Shown: positions 24,013 through 36,383, counted from the stretch's first letter. The stretch is DNA of 50,527 bases from Atractiella rhizophila (GCA_021432655.1 MU271268.1:62001-112527), one strand, 5' to 3'. Notes: generated from the sequence alone by a model not told the origin. Program-made: numbers and translations.

Positions 24013-27000
24013 ATGTCTCTAACTGAAGAAGAGCGTCTGTCTCGTCTCGTACCATCCCTCCTCTCTTCGCCGACGCTTACGCTCCCAACCGATTATCCGC
24101 GACCACCACGAGGACACGAACGCTCCATTGAAGCGTTACAGTCTTTTACCTTCTCCCCTCGCTTGTTATCCTCCCTCATCCGTCTATCATACCATCAAGA
24201 AGAGGATGAAGAAGATGCCTCACCACCAACCGTCTTTCAACTTGTCCTCGCTGGCCTTCTGGTTCTCCTTGCTCGTTACACCGCCGAGAGTGAAATCGTT
24301 GTCGCGACTAGTTCACCCATTGCGAGGGATCCCTTACTTGTCAAGGTCGGCTTGGAGCCAGGAGACGGGTTTTGGAACCTTGTGAGGCGGGTTGTATGGC
24401 AGGAAAAGGAAGCGGAGGAGCTCAATGTGCCTTTTGAGATGATTGAAGAGGCAGTGAAGAAAGCCAGAGGAGAGGAAGGGGACACAGAACCGTTGTTTCG
24501 TGTGAGGTTTTTGGATGAGATGGATCGAGGACCAAGCATGCCGTTCCTTTCTTCGACATCACTAACTACAGATCTTGTCTTCTCTCTCTCTTCGTCATCG
24601 CCGCCTTCAACCCCTCCTTCTCAGATGTCGACGCACGCGCTGCCTTCCCTCCCACCCACCACACTGACGATCACCTATAATTCCCTCCTTTTCTCCCCAC
24701 GACGCATTCAACACATCTTTTCTCAGCTCGAATGTCTCCTCACTAAGACGTCGCACAACCCTGATCTCGAAATTTTCAAGATTCCAATCCACGAGCCGGT
24801 TTTCTCATCCCCTGCCGAATGGAAAGAGCTACAGGGCCAAACTCAAGCGGGAGAAGTGATTCCCAATCCTCGCGCCAATTTGCATTGGACATCTTGGCCA
24901 GGCCCTATAACTCATATCTTTGCTCGTCATGCTGAAACATCACCGGAGCGGTTATGTGTAGTAGAAGAGAGAGACGATGAGCAGAGACGGTTCTCCTATG
25001 CTCAAATCCATCGAGCAGCATTGAGAGTCGCGAAGGTGTTGTTGAAGAATGGTTTGAAAAGAGAGGAGGTAGTCACTATTTTCAGTACGAGAGGCGTCGA
25101 ACTACTGGTGGCTGTTGTGGGGACCTTGATGGCAGGAGGCACTTTCAGTGTCATTGGTGTGCCATGCCATAATTTTGAGAATAAAAGCGCTAACGCCACG
25201 CTAACCCAGATCCGGCATATCCACCCACTAGACAGCAAATATACCTCTCAGTCGCCCGTCCGAAGGCTCTAATCACCCTCTCTCGTGCTGGTACATTACC
25301 ACCATCAGTGCGCCAGTACGTCGCTGAACAGCTCTCATTACGAATTGAAATTCCTTCTTTGGAGCTCCTTTCTTCTGGTTCCTTAAGCATTCCTCCCAAC
25401 CTTGATGCGGATGATCTCGAGATTCCAGCGAGTGGTGTGGGGCTAGGTCCAGATAGCATTGGGACGCTCAGTTTCACGAGCGGGAGTACTGGAATCCCAA
25501 AAGGAGTGAGAGGCAGGCATTATTCTCTCACTCACTTCTTCAGTTGGATGAGCGAGCGATTCGTGATGGGAGAGAACGAGAGGTTTACGATGCTCAGTGG
25601 AATTGCCCATGATCCGATTCAGAGAGATAGTGCGCTTTTTCCTTCCCTCACCCAGTGGTCATAGGTTCTGACGCTATGACAGTGTTCACACCTCTCTTCC
25701 TCGGCGCAAGCCTTTGGATTCCCACCGCTGAGGACATTGGAACTCCCGGTAGATTGGCCCAATGGATGGCCGATAAGGAGGTGACAGTTACTCACCTCAC
25801 CCCAGGTCAGCAAATACCTTCAACGTTTTGTTTCAGGATTAGGGCTTACCAGCTCTCTAGCTATGGGACAGTTACTCTCAGCACAAGCGAAAACTCAAAT
25901 TCCTTCTTTACGGAATGCTTTCTTTGTAGGAGACATCCTTACGAAGCGAGACTGCACGCGTCTGCAGCAGTTAGCGTCCAACTGTCAGATCATCAACATG
26001 TTTGGAACCACGGAAACTCAACGAGCCGTCTCGTATTTTCCCATCCCTCCTCTGTCTGTCGATCCTACCTTCCTCAAGACGAGAAAAGACATTGTTCCTG
26101 CCGGAAGCGGAATGGTTGACGTCCAGCTTCTTGTCGTCAATCGGCAGGACAAGACACAACTTTGTGCGGTTGGAGAAATTGGCGAGATTTACGTTCGTAG
26201 CGGTGGTCTTGCCGAGGGATATCTCGACCTGGAAGAGGATAACAGGGTTAAATTTGTCGAGAACTGGTTCGCGAGCTCAAATCTCGGGAAGAGAAAGAGG
26301 AAGGGTTCTCCAGAGCAGGATGTTGTTGAGTGGGAGGATACTCTGCATGGTGCAGAACACTGGAAAGGAGTTAGAGACCGGATGTACCGCTCTGGGGACT
26401 TGGGTCGGTATCTCCCGAACGGTGTCGTAGAGTGCACAGGGAGAGCGGACGATCAAATCAAGATTCGAGGCTTCCGAATCGAGTTAGGAGAGATCGATAC
26501 GCACCTCAGCCGACATCCTTTGGTGCGAGAGAACGTCACGCTAGTCCGAAGGGACAAATACGAGGAAAAAGTGCTAGTGAGCTACTTTGTTCCATTAGGA
26601 GGAGAAGAGACGGACAAAATGGTGAGTGAGAGCGAAGGAGAAGTCGAGAGGAAGCAGGGGAAAGAGGAGGAGGCAATGAGGGGTCTGAGGCGCTACAGGA
26701 AACTAATCAAAGATATGAGGGAGTACCTCAAGACCAAGCTGCCAAGTTACAGCATTCCATCTGGTTCGTCCATCTTTTCTGCCAAGTCGTCATTTACTGA
26801 AGGGATTTCAGTTTTTGTTCCTCTTTCACGCATGCCGCTCAACCCGAACGGCAAGATTGACAAGCCTGCACTTCCATTTCCAGATACAATTCCAGACATT
26901 GTCCCTTCCACTTCGAAGACTGGAAAGGACGTGAAGCGCACCGCAACAGAAGCGGCACTGGAGTCAATCTGGACTCGAATTCTGACAAACATCCCCTCTC

Positions 27001-28602
27001 CTGTTCCACTCGACGAATCCTTCTTCGATTTGGGTGGTCATTCCATCCTAGCTACTCGAATGATATTCGAAATCCGGAAGGCATTTTCGCCAGATGCACC
27101 CCTGGGTCTCATCTTTGAGTACCCAACCTTAAGAAGCATGGCGAGACAGATCGATGAGCTCCGAAATCAGGACATGGGTTTTGTTGAGGAGGAGAGCAAA
27201 GACGCAGCTGCAAAGGTCTCAACAGATGTTAGCTCACGCCAATACGCCGAAGACGAGGTCCAGCTACTGAAGAAGCTCAAGCCGTCTTACGATCCTCCAC
27301 TCTACCATTCGGATGGCAAGCGCGTCATTTTTCTTACCGGAGCCACAGGGTTTCTGGGCTCGTTTATTCTTAAAGATTTGTTGCAGCGGGATAACGTCGC
27401 CAAGGTTATCTGTCTCGTTCGAGCTAAGGATGATGCAACAGCCAGGTCGCGTCTGAAGGAGAACTCGGAGGGACGAGGTGTATGGAATGAGAGTTGGGTC
27501 GAGCAAGGGCGGCTCGAGGTCGTAGCTGGAAATCTGGAAACTGACAAGTTTGGATTGGACAAGCGGTCTTACGAGCAGTTGGCTAAGGATGTAGATGTTA
27601 TTGTGCATAACGGGGCCTTGGTATAGAATCCTCCATCGTCCATAGTCGCTGCTCCTTAACGTCTCTTTTGGTGGACAGGTGCACTGGGTCTATCCGTATT
27701 CCAAGCTGCGCTCTGCCAACGTCCTTTCTACCCTGGCAATCATCGACTTCGCCTCCGCCGGTCGTCCCAAGGCTCTCTCCTTCGTCTCATCCACAGCCTC
27801 TATCGAGAATTCACACTACCTCCATCTCTCCGACTCCGTCCTTCAAAAGGGAGGCTCAGGTATTTCCGAAGGGGACAATCTTGACGGAGCGCGCGCTGGG
27901 CTCAAAGTCGGTTACGGACAGACGAAGTGGGTTTCTGAGCGTCTCATCATGGAAGCCGGTCGTCGAGGTTTACGAGGAGGAATTGTTCGGCCGTCCTACG
28001 TCGTTGGAGACTCACTCACGGCGGTAACCAATACCGACGACTTTCTCTGGCGACTCGTCAAAGGCTGTTTACAAATCGGACTCGTGCCTGACATCAATAA
28101 TGCCATCAACATGGTCCCGGTGGATCACGTCGCACGCATAATCTCCCTCTCTGCAATCCAAGCCCCCGCCGACAGGCTGCCTGTTTACCACGTTACGGCA
28201 AAGCCGACGATCAGGTTCAACGACTTCCTTTCCGTCCTACCGACTTATGGCTACCCCGTCGAAAGGTTGGAGTACCTGCAATGGCGGACTAAGCTGGAGC
28301 AGCATGTCCTGTCCTCGCAAGACAACGCGCTCTTCCCTCTCCTCCATTTCGTTCTTGACGACTTGCCCTCGAATACGAAGGCAGCGGCTTTGGATGATAG
28401 GAATACCGTCGGATTGTTGCGAGGGGGGAAGGAGACGGAGGAGATGACGGTCTCTCAGGATCTCAACGGATTGTATCTCGCTTGGCTCGTCAAGACCGGT
28501 TTCTTGGAGAGTCCTCCGTTGGCTGGAAAGGAGGGAAAGAAGTTGCCCACGCTTGAAAATGTGGGAGAAAAGGTTAAGGCTTTGGGGAGGAGCGGAAAGT
28601 AG
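24013..28602 (+). CDS. LYS2: L-2-aminoadipate reductase (A-T-R domains)
   Basis: A domain ([66 protein letters not shown]), T domain (FFDLGGHSI) and reductase ([17 protein letters not shown]). Five short introns lie near 25157, 25631, 25806, 26764 and 27622. Confidence 0.97.
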
Positions 28603-29083
28603 GTCTCAAACGTTAGTGTGTCGTACAATAGAACCACAAAATTGTATACAAAGAATGCCTTTAGAAGACTACTTCCTGTGACCTCGCATTTATGTGGTGA
28701 GCATGAACGAAATTAATTGCCTGCGATCGTGTTTCTTTGCAGTACTGAGACAAATTGATTCGACGGACACAAGAAGCTTTGTTTTATTTTCCCAATGGTC
28801 CATAGTCCTTGGAGGAAACCTGAGGAAAGGGCCTTGCCCAAGCTTGAATGAAGAAAACACCCAAATCCCAAATGGTTACTGAATTGATCACTAAACAACG
28901 ACCCCTTTCATCGCCCAGCCAGTGACTTAACAAAAATGGACCTTCAGATCTACTGAAAAAGGAACCACTGTCAAACGAGAAAAGTTGATTGAGCCTGTCT
29001 GCGCAGACAACACAGCATTAGGCGTCACAGTTTCTCAATTCGAATTCGAAGAGGGGAGCTTACCAACTTTGAGAACAAAGTGT

Positions 29084-29822
29084 TCAATCCTTCAACCACG
29101 CCTTCCCCATCCCCCAGTTACAGTTTGTCCCTTCCGTGCAACCCGCCGCACCACCGTTCCCATCCGTCGTCGTCGTCGTCGTCCGAGTTGGATTTGCTAT
29201 CAGATGAAGAGGAGTTGGGGTTGAGCAAGGAGTCGAGGACCGAAGAGCGCTTCATCGTCCTGATCCAACCACGGTACATCTGACGCCACCAATTGCAGTT
29301 CGTGTCTTGAGCGCAGACAGCATCTCCATCGTCTCCACTTTCCGTAGTCGAACTAGTGGAAGGAGGGTTTGCGTTTGCGGAGGAGGAGGAGGAAGTGGTG
29401 GTGGTAGTGGTGGGAGAAGAACTGGAGGAAGGTTTCGGGTTCACGAGTTGGTCGAGGAGAGATCGTTTCCAACCTCTGTACAATGGACGCCACCAGTTGC
29501 AGTTCGTGCCTTCGGCGCATTCGCCTTCATCTTGACCAGTCGCATCCGCCGTTGACGAGGAAGAGGAGGGAGGAGCGCTGGAGCGCTTGACGGCCCATCC
29601 TTTGTACATCAGTCCCCCCCAGTTGCAATTCGTCCCTTCAGCGCATGCTGTCGTTTCAACGTCGCGTTTAACTGTTCCATGTGTCCGTCAACGTTACATT
29701 TGATGAACGAAGGAGAAAGAAAGGAGCTTACTTGCTATATTGCTAGGATTCGAGTTCAGAGTGGCGAGTGGCAGGGAAGCGGCCAGGTGGATCAGGAGAA
29801 GGAGGACAAAGAGTTTCAACAT
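29084..29822 (-). CDS. Secreted KEX2-type repeat precursor with four C-x5-CNW peptide cores; repeat 4 lies beyond a 1-nt frameshift (as written the frame stops at 29118)
   Basis: ATG 29822 starts MLKLFVLLLLIHLAASLPL (signal-peptide-like). A 60-nt intron spans 29731-29672 (gtaagc...gaacag). KR-delimited repeats follow: CAEGTNCNWGGLMYKGWAV, CAEGTNCNWWRPLYRGW, CAQDTNCNWWRQMYRGWIRTM and, in the shifted frame, CTEGTNCNWGMGKAWLKD*. Confidence 0.85.
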
Positions 29823-30578
29823 CTTGAGGGAGTCGAACTTAAAGGAAGAAAGGCCGAGCGATTTAGAAAAAGAAAAGAAAGAAAGTGCGAATAACCAAAT
29901 GGGAGATCGACAGCTATTACCCAGTCCAAAGCCTTAGAGCTTTTATAGAGAGGTCGTTAGAGCAGCCGGTTCAAACGGGAACTTGAGTGTGAGAAAGGCA
30001 AGTGATAACGAGAACCTGGTGAGTGAAGCACCGATGTCCCTGGGAAAACAGCCTGAGAACGAGGACGGGAAGGGAACAAACATCTTCGGATCGAGAAACA
30101 GAAGACTGGAGCTTCGAACTTCTGGCCAGTGTGGGCATTGATCGCCAGTGGTATTCCTAGATGCTGCAACGCGTGTGAGCTTGACAGCAGGAAGATTCGA
30201 AAGCCAGAGCTTGCTTGGAAGAGCTTTCCATTGGCCCTTTGAGGCGTTTTAGTGGCGCTCAATTCACTATTGGTGACGTCGGGGCAAATGACTCCCATTT
30301 GTCGGGATCAGAATAACCGTCGCACAACAATAAAATATTTATTTTCGACGTCTGTCTTCGTTTCTCCATTCAACTCCATCCTTTCTTTTACTTTTACTGC
30401 CCCTTTGAGATGAGTCGTCTGCTTAGCACCTTCAAAGTTAATCTTCAAAGTTAATTGGCGCGGATGCTATCGATCAAGAACTGCCCCTCCTCTTTATGCG
30501 CTATGTGAAGAAGTTGAAGAACCTTTAGGGGAGACGAGAGGCGTTCAAGTTGTAGGAGGTCAACTAGTAGTACTAGAG

Positions 30579-30760
30579 ATGAATTTGGAAAATCTCGATC
30601 AGAAGGTGGACAAATTCAAGACTGAATTCTTGGTATAACGCAGACACTCGATGGCAAGATGCAGACCTTCGATGATAAGACGAACGCTCTTGATCAGAGG
30701 TCCAGGCCCTCGAAGGCAACATGAAGACCTTCGATGAACAGATCAGACACTCGAAAGAGC
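30579..30760 (+). repeat. Degenerate 21-bp tandem repeat encoding broken heptad (coiled-coil) units
   Basis: Units from 30641: cagacactcgatggcaagatg / cagaccttcgatgataagacg / aacgctcttgatcagaggtc / caggccctcgaaggcaacatg / aagaccttcgatgaacagat / cagacactcgaaag. Confidence 0.65.
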
Positions 30761-31364
30761 TTGCAGCTCAATAGTCCCACAACCAAACGCAACGCGAGCT
30801 CGTACATCTATCTCTCCCGTCCTTCCAGGCTTCGATTTCGGTGGACTGCCAGAGTTGTCCTCGGCCCAGGCCATTCGTCAACTAACGTCCAGCATTGCCA
30901 ATAGATAGTTGGAGGCATGGGATTTGTCAGGTAATGGCTCTTTAGCAGAGAAGAAGAAACACATTGCCGATATGTTGGCAGCCCAGCCTTCGACGAATAA
31001 AGTGTCATATTGTTCTTATCCACATCTAAAGAAGAAATGAAACAAATATTATTACCTGTTTTATACGAATTTATATTCGATCGAGCGAGTCCTCAAAAGC
31101 GAAGTGAATGAAGGGTCAACTATCTGATATCTTCAGATTCGGTCATCTTCCCCGTCACAATCGCAATAATTCGACAGGTTTCACATCATCCAAAGCTGCC
31201 TAGCTTGTTATTCGAGGTTTTGGAGGTCGACCGGCTCAGCTTGCTTCGAGGCACACAATTCGGTGAATTGTCATCTGTCGTGCGTACACAAGATTGGGAG
31301 TCATAGATAGCTGGTCTAATTCCCACTCCTATTAAAGTTTCTACAATCGATGTAAGCTGAGCGG

Positions 31365-32366
31365 TCAGGCGTATTCGCTCAGCGTCTTCCTCATCTCCCT
31401 TGCCGGTATCAAAGTTGCCAACTTGGGCTGGACAAAGAGAGCCCTTTCCCACCCAACAAACGCATTCAACATCCCTTCCTTTTCAACGAACAAACGAAAA
31501 GAGAAGACTCACTTGGCCTCGACAAGCGTTTCACCCTCCAAACTCTCCAGGGTACTCTTAGCATAAGCCTTCCTTCCCTCCTTCCTCTCCAACTTTGACC
31601 GTATCAAATACCACCCGTCCGCTTTCACCATCTTCCTGTAATCGACCTCCAACCTAGCCGTGACCCCAACCTTTGCGTCCAAAGCCTCGCACGCCACCCT
31701 CGCCGTCGCTTCATCCATCAAAGTGGCGGCGAGGCCACCGTGGACGAGCCCATCGTGGCCACACACGCTCCGTCCCAAGTGGAGAACGATCACGAGCTCG
31801 GTGCGGTCGGGGGTGAAGAAGAGGAGTGGGACGGGAGTTATGCGTCCCGGGCCGAAGAGAGCGGTCGCGGTAAGGGAGTGTTGCCTCTTTTCCGGTGGGA
31901 GGTTTCGGTATGGACGGGAGAGGAAATATTTCTTCACTGCTCCGGAGGGAAGGACGTAACGGTCGTCGAGCGTTTGCCAGTCTGGATTCCACCCTGTGGC
32001 GGGAATGGGATGTTCCCATACCTCCTCTTGCAGCTTCTTGACGACGTCGAGATCCCACAACTCCTTCTCCCTGCTCTCTAGCAGTGCCTTCCACTCCGCA
32101 CTCTCCGGCTCAGGCGCCGGACCTAGTACTGCGCTCGGCGGAGGAGAGAGGAGGGATAGGAAGGAAGGGGGATAGTACAGCGCTGTGCCATAGCTGCCCA
32201 ATGCGACAGCTGCGAATCCAAGGGCTAGACCAATTCGCGATGCTGGTGCTGGTGAGCGAGGCGGAGGCGGTGAGTTGGAGGTGGATTGGAACCGCCGTGG
32301 AGCGTGATTGGGACGGCGCAGGAGGCCATAGAGGCTGGCAGAGGGTCTAGTGCTTGGTGGCTTCAT
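31365..32366 (-). CDS. Hotdog-fold thioesterase (PaaI/THEM4/FMP10-like), probably mitochondrial
   Basis: HLGRSVCGHDGLVHGGLAATLMDE and GVTARLEVDYRK, with an Arg/Ser-rich presequence plus TM. The second exon reads (K)ALFVQPKLATLIPAREMRKTLSEYA* with stop at 31365-31367. Confidence 0.88.
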
Positions 32367-33170
32367 AACTTCCCGATAAATTTCGTCCCTCAGTCCCTAA
32401 CCCTACTGGCAAGAAAGCTTGAAGCTTGCATCGCGACGTCAACCCAGGAGAACTGAGGTGAACTTAACGCAGAAATTACGAGAGTAGAGACGGGCTGAAA
32501 GGGTCATAAAGAGAGGAGGCACATTATCTTTATTAGCTTTACAGGCAACTTCAATTGTGAGTATTTCGCGTTGGGAATGAGTTCTGGCTGGGCAGCTTAT
32601 CCACCTGTGTTCCTGAGAGTTCCCTGAAGTCACAAATGGATTTTGAGCACTTGTCTATGCTGATTCTGCTGAGAACTGCTGGGTGACGATGATACGAATG
32701 TACTCCGAGGGTTGGGAGAGGAGATTTATCACCTCAGTCTCGGCATGACTGCTTGAGCTGGAGTTACGACTGTATGGCTGTCAAACTCGAGATAGCTCAT
32801 TGCGTCCTTTAATGTCTCTCTCGATACTTTCAGCTGCTCAGTGCAGATTCATGTCACTTTCGAAGAGGCTATCGTTGGAGTTGAGAATGACTTGCATGGT
32901 TTCCGGCAGTTCCTTCTAGTGATTAGGGGAAACTAAGTGAAGTAACGCTGGGATAACGTACCTTTTGATCGGAGGTTGATAGACGACTATTCCAAGTCGT
33001 AGAATTAGGCGAAGCAGCAAGTCTGAAACTTACAGTTGGGTTCTTGCACTACTCTGTAACTGCCAGAACCAAACAAGCTTAATCATTCTTACGTTCCTAA
33101 GAATATAATGCTGATTAGATTATTCGAGACAGGCAGGGTCCAGTGGACTCACATTTCTTCCTCTATATCG

Positions 33171-34916
33171 ATGACTATCAACCTCCTCTCCGCCATCCCT
33201 TTCTCTCTCCTCTACATTCTCCTCTCCGCCTTACCAGCGCGATCGCAGGATGTTACATCCATCGCTCTCAATCCACCACAGGTTTTCTCATTCAACACAT
33301 CCGCCTCCCCATCCACCGCCTTTTTCTCTCTCCCACCATCTTCCTCCCAAACCTTCATCTCCCTATCCCTCTGTTCCGCCTCCGCCCCTCCCGGTCGTCG
33401 AACGACTCTCTACCTCTCCAACTCGACCTCTGTCCAGTTCCCGACCTCCGATTCCCACCTCCCACCCGCCCAAAGCATCCGAATAAATGATGGAGCAGCC
33501 TCTTTTCGCTTCGACAAATCGGACGACGGCATCTTCATCGGCGTTACGACTACGGATGCTGGAGAATGGGAACTGGGTGTCTCAGGCGAAGACGCCGGCT
33601 TCTTCCACGATGTCCAGCCTCCGGTGTTCATATGGGAGGACAGCGATTCAACCCACTCCCTCCTCCGTCGAGCGACGAATTTCACATCTGACACTCCACC
33701 GCAGGACGACATGCTCCGACCTCTCGTCTTGAAGACTGGTGTCGTACCTGACTTCTTGAGCGGGAGCGTGTGTGCAGTCAGACGAGCGAATGTCGCTACT
33801 AGTGGAGGACAGGGAGAGGGCAATTGGACCATGTTCGTTGGTGCGGGGAATCGGACGGTCTTGGGGGCGGGAAGGAGGGTAGAGTGGTTTGGGGACCAGT
33901 TGCAGGGTGGGACGAATTATACGTTTTGGGAGTTTGAACAAACTGGCACCGATGGAAGTGCGATATTGAGCGGACCGAGCTATTTCGTCACTAAACAAAG
34001 TGAGTTTGTTCAGGGTTTTCAAACTCTTTGAGATGTTGAAGGATGGTTAACAGGTTCCAATTGCTTCCTCCCACCTCCAAATCATCCCCTTCTCGAGATC
34101 TGCCCATCTCTCACATATTCCATTCCCGCTCCCTCAAACCTCCCAACTGGAGTAACCCTCGAATCCTTCTTCGTTCCCATCCTCCAAAAGTCCCTCACCA
34201 ACTTCAACCTAACCCTCTCCACCTTCCCCTGCAACAACCGTTCCATATCCGAAGGCACCTACTCCTTCATCTCCACCTGCTCCGACTGTTTCGCCGCCTA
34301 CCGACTCTGGCTATGCTCCATCGTTCTTCCTCGCTGCACCGATCTCCCAGGGTCCTTCTCCCCGCCATTCAATTCCTCCGGATTCATACCCAACGACACA
34401 CTCAGTGTTTTCCCACGAACCGACCCTCCCTCCTCTCGTACGCCTTTCTTCGCTCCCGACGCCCTCCCACAAGGAGCCACATCCCCATTTCCCTACGGGG
34501 AAATCCTTCCATGTGACGCAAATTGTCAGCGAGTCGGAGCGACGTGTCCTCCGTTTATGGGATGGCAGTGTCCGCTGAAAGACGTGACGAGAGAAGCGGG
34601 GTACGCTCCATTTCAGAAGGTGTTCAGCTTGGAGGCAGACGGGACGAAGGGAGTGGAGGAAGGTGTGAGAGGACCTGAAGGACTGGGTGAGAGGGGGAGC
34701 GACAGGTGGGGAAACGTCTTGTGAGTTCCCTGTCTCTTTCTCTTTTGTTTTTTTGCGTTGGACATTCCCACTCATGTTCCAACTCGTGATAGCTGTAATG
34801 CGGTCGGATCAGACATTATCCTAGCGATGCAGATTGGCGCGGCGGCACGGACATTGGTGCCATCATTTCTCGTCCTCCTGGTGTCCCTGGCAGTGGGGGC
34901 CCTCTACGATCTCTAA
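33171..34916 (+). CDS. MID1: Mid1-like Ca2+ channel regulatory subunit (partner of Cch1)
   Basis: Signal peptide, FISLSLC, EDSDSTHSLL, SVCAV and LQGGTNYT. The Cys-rich exon 2 has CPSLTYSIP, TFPC, YSFISTCSDCFAAYRLWLCSIVLPRC and YGEILPCDANCQRVGATCPPFMGWQCP. The last exon starts CN and ends in a hydrophobic tail. Confidence 0.88.
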
Positions 34917-35253
34917 CTTGCGTCGTTCGAGATGTTGTATACCCGCCTTTCGAGTTTCTACCTTCGAGTTCCTCCTTTTGCTATCTCAGTTTAGATTTTG
35001 GGTGCGCAATGACCAGAATTTTTTATCATCCTGTCATTATGATCGTTTGCTGTTTGCAGGATGTTGCATTATCACTTGGAATCTGATTCTACAATACCCC
35101 ATGTTTCATCATAACATAGCTAGAATACATTTCAGTTCTAAGAAGTTTATTACGCAAACCAGAAAGACACAAGACCATGAGAATACTTTTTAATACAACA
35201 ACAGGCAATAAAATAACTGGCATTTAAGTTTTGAGCTTCAAATCAAAAACAAA

Positions 35254-36383
35254 TCACCCTCGCTTTAACCTGAACAACCTCCTCTTTCCAGATACACCTG
35301 ATTGGTTGCTCGCAGAGGACGCCACCGTCGTATCTGTTGGGGTTAGTGGGGGAGAGAAGGAGGTCGTCGGCGGGTTCACACTCGAAGGGCTAGAGTAGGA
35401 GGTAGGAGGAGGCGCCACCGATGAAAGGCTGATAAAAGACGTCGTCGTAGGCGTCACGGTAGAGAGCGAGGTCGTCGTAGAGTTGTGTGCAGCAGAGCTA
35501 GTGGAAGAACTCGTGGAGTGGCTAGAAGTGAACGTGGACGTGGAAGAAGCTCTCGTCGTCCCATTTGTTCCTCCTCCGTGACTTGCTGAGGTCGACGTGG
35601 AGGAAGTGGACCATCTGCTCAACGTCGAAGTAGAGAAGCATGTCGCACCCTCGACCCCAGACCCTGAAGGCTGCAGGGAAGCCATGTTGATCGTCGTGTT
35701 TCCAGAAGCTTCAGCGCGGCTGAGGAACTCCTGCATTAGGCGTTAACAGCGGGTTCGAATGGAACAAAGATGTGCACACTGCAAAGGTGTTGCCCTTTTT
35801 GGGGGCATTCACTAATTAGAGAAGGTGAGTAGGTCGGTTATGGAGCGAACGAGTGTAATTATTTACCCGCGAAGACCATCTGCAGACAGCTGATTAGAAA
35901 GAACCGGTAAATACGGTAAATACGCGGGAAATGCTTACTCCTTTAGAGCAGTGGTTTCCAATGGGTTGCTGCAGAATAAGTTAAGGAAGGCTTAGTCGTG
36001 GATAATTTGCGCACCTTGCAGAAAAACCAAAGCGGCGTGTCGGTCTCTACCGTTACGTTCCAGGTAGGGATTTGAGTCGCATTGATAGCTACAGGGACAA
36101 ATCCGGAATCGAGACCAGTTTGGTTGAGCGCGACGCAAGGTTCATCGAAAGTGCTTTGAACGACCGAATGATTCTTGAAGCTAAATTCAAAGATGATACT
36201 GTCATTTATTTTCGCTTCGATTTGTTGAGGGCTAAACAAGAGGCCGGGAGTACCTCCCACAACGACAGTGTGCTATTATGTCTCAATGAGAGTTGTCAGG
36301 TGTTGTGAAATAAAACATGTTCTTACCGTCCATGAGAAGGCGAGAAGAGGGAAAGCGAGAAGAGCAACCGATTTGAACAGCAT
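35254..36383 (-). CDS. Secreted cupredoxin-domain protein with Ser/Thr-rich tail
   Basis: Signal peptide MLFKSVALLAFPLLAFSWT. The spliced domain reads HTVVVGG...NHSVVQSTFDEPC...PLWFFCK|QPIGNHCSKG|MVFA|VN, giving type-1 copper ligands His/Cys/His/Met. The C-terminus is S/T-rich. Confidence 0.85.

Noticed and set aside
24013..28602. NRPS-like A-T-R enzyme as the core of a secondary-metabolite cluster with the peptide precursor and thioesterase
   Set aside because: The motifs ([29 protein letters not shown]) are those of housekeeping Lys2. Adjacency alone does not show a shared pathway.
29084..29822. Basidiomycete lipopeptide mating pheromone precursor
   Set aside because: There is no CAAX ending, a signal peptide is present, the Cys residues are internal and paired, and no STE3-like receptor is in the window.
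33108..33170. Longer N-terminus for MID1 from ATG 33108 (and for the MFS from 9352)
   Set aside because: The downstream ATGs (33171 and 9703) directly precede the signal or first TM segment and fit the families better.
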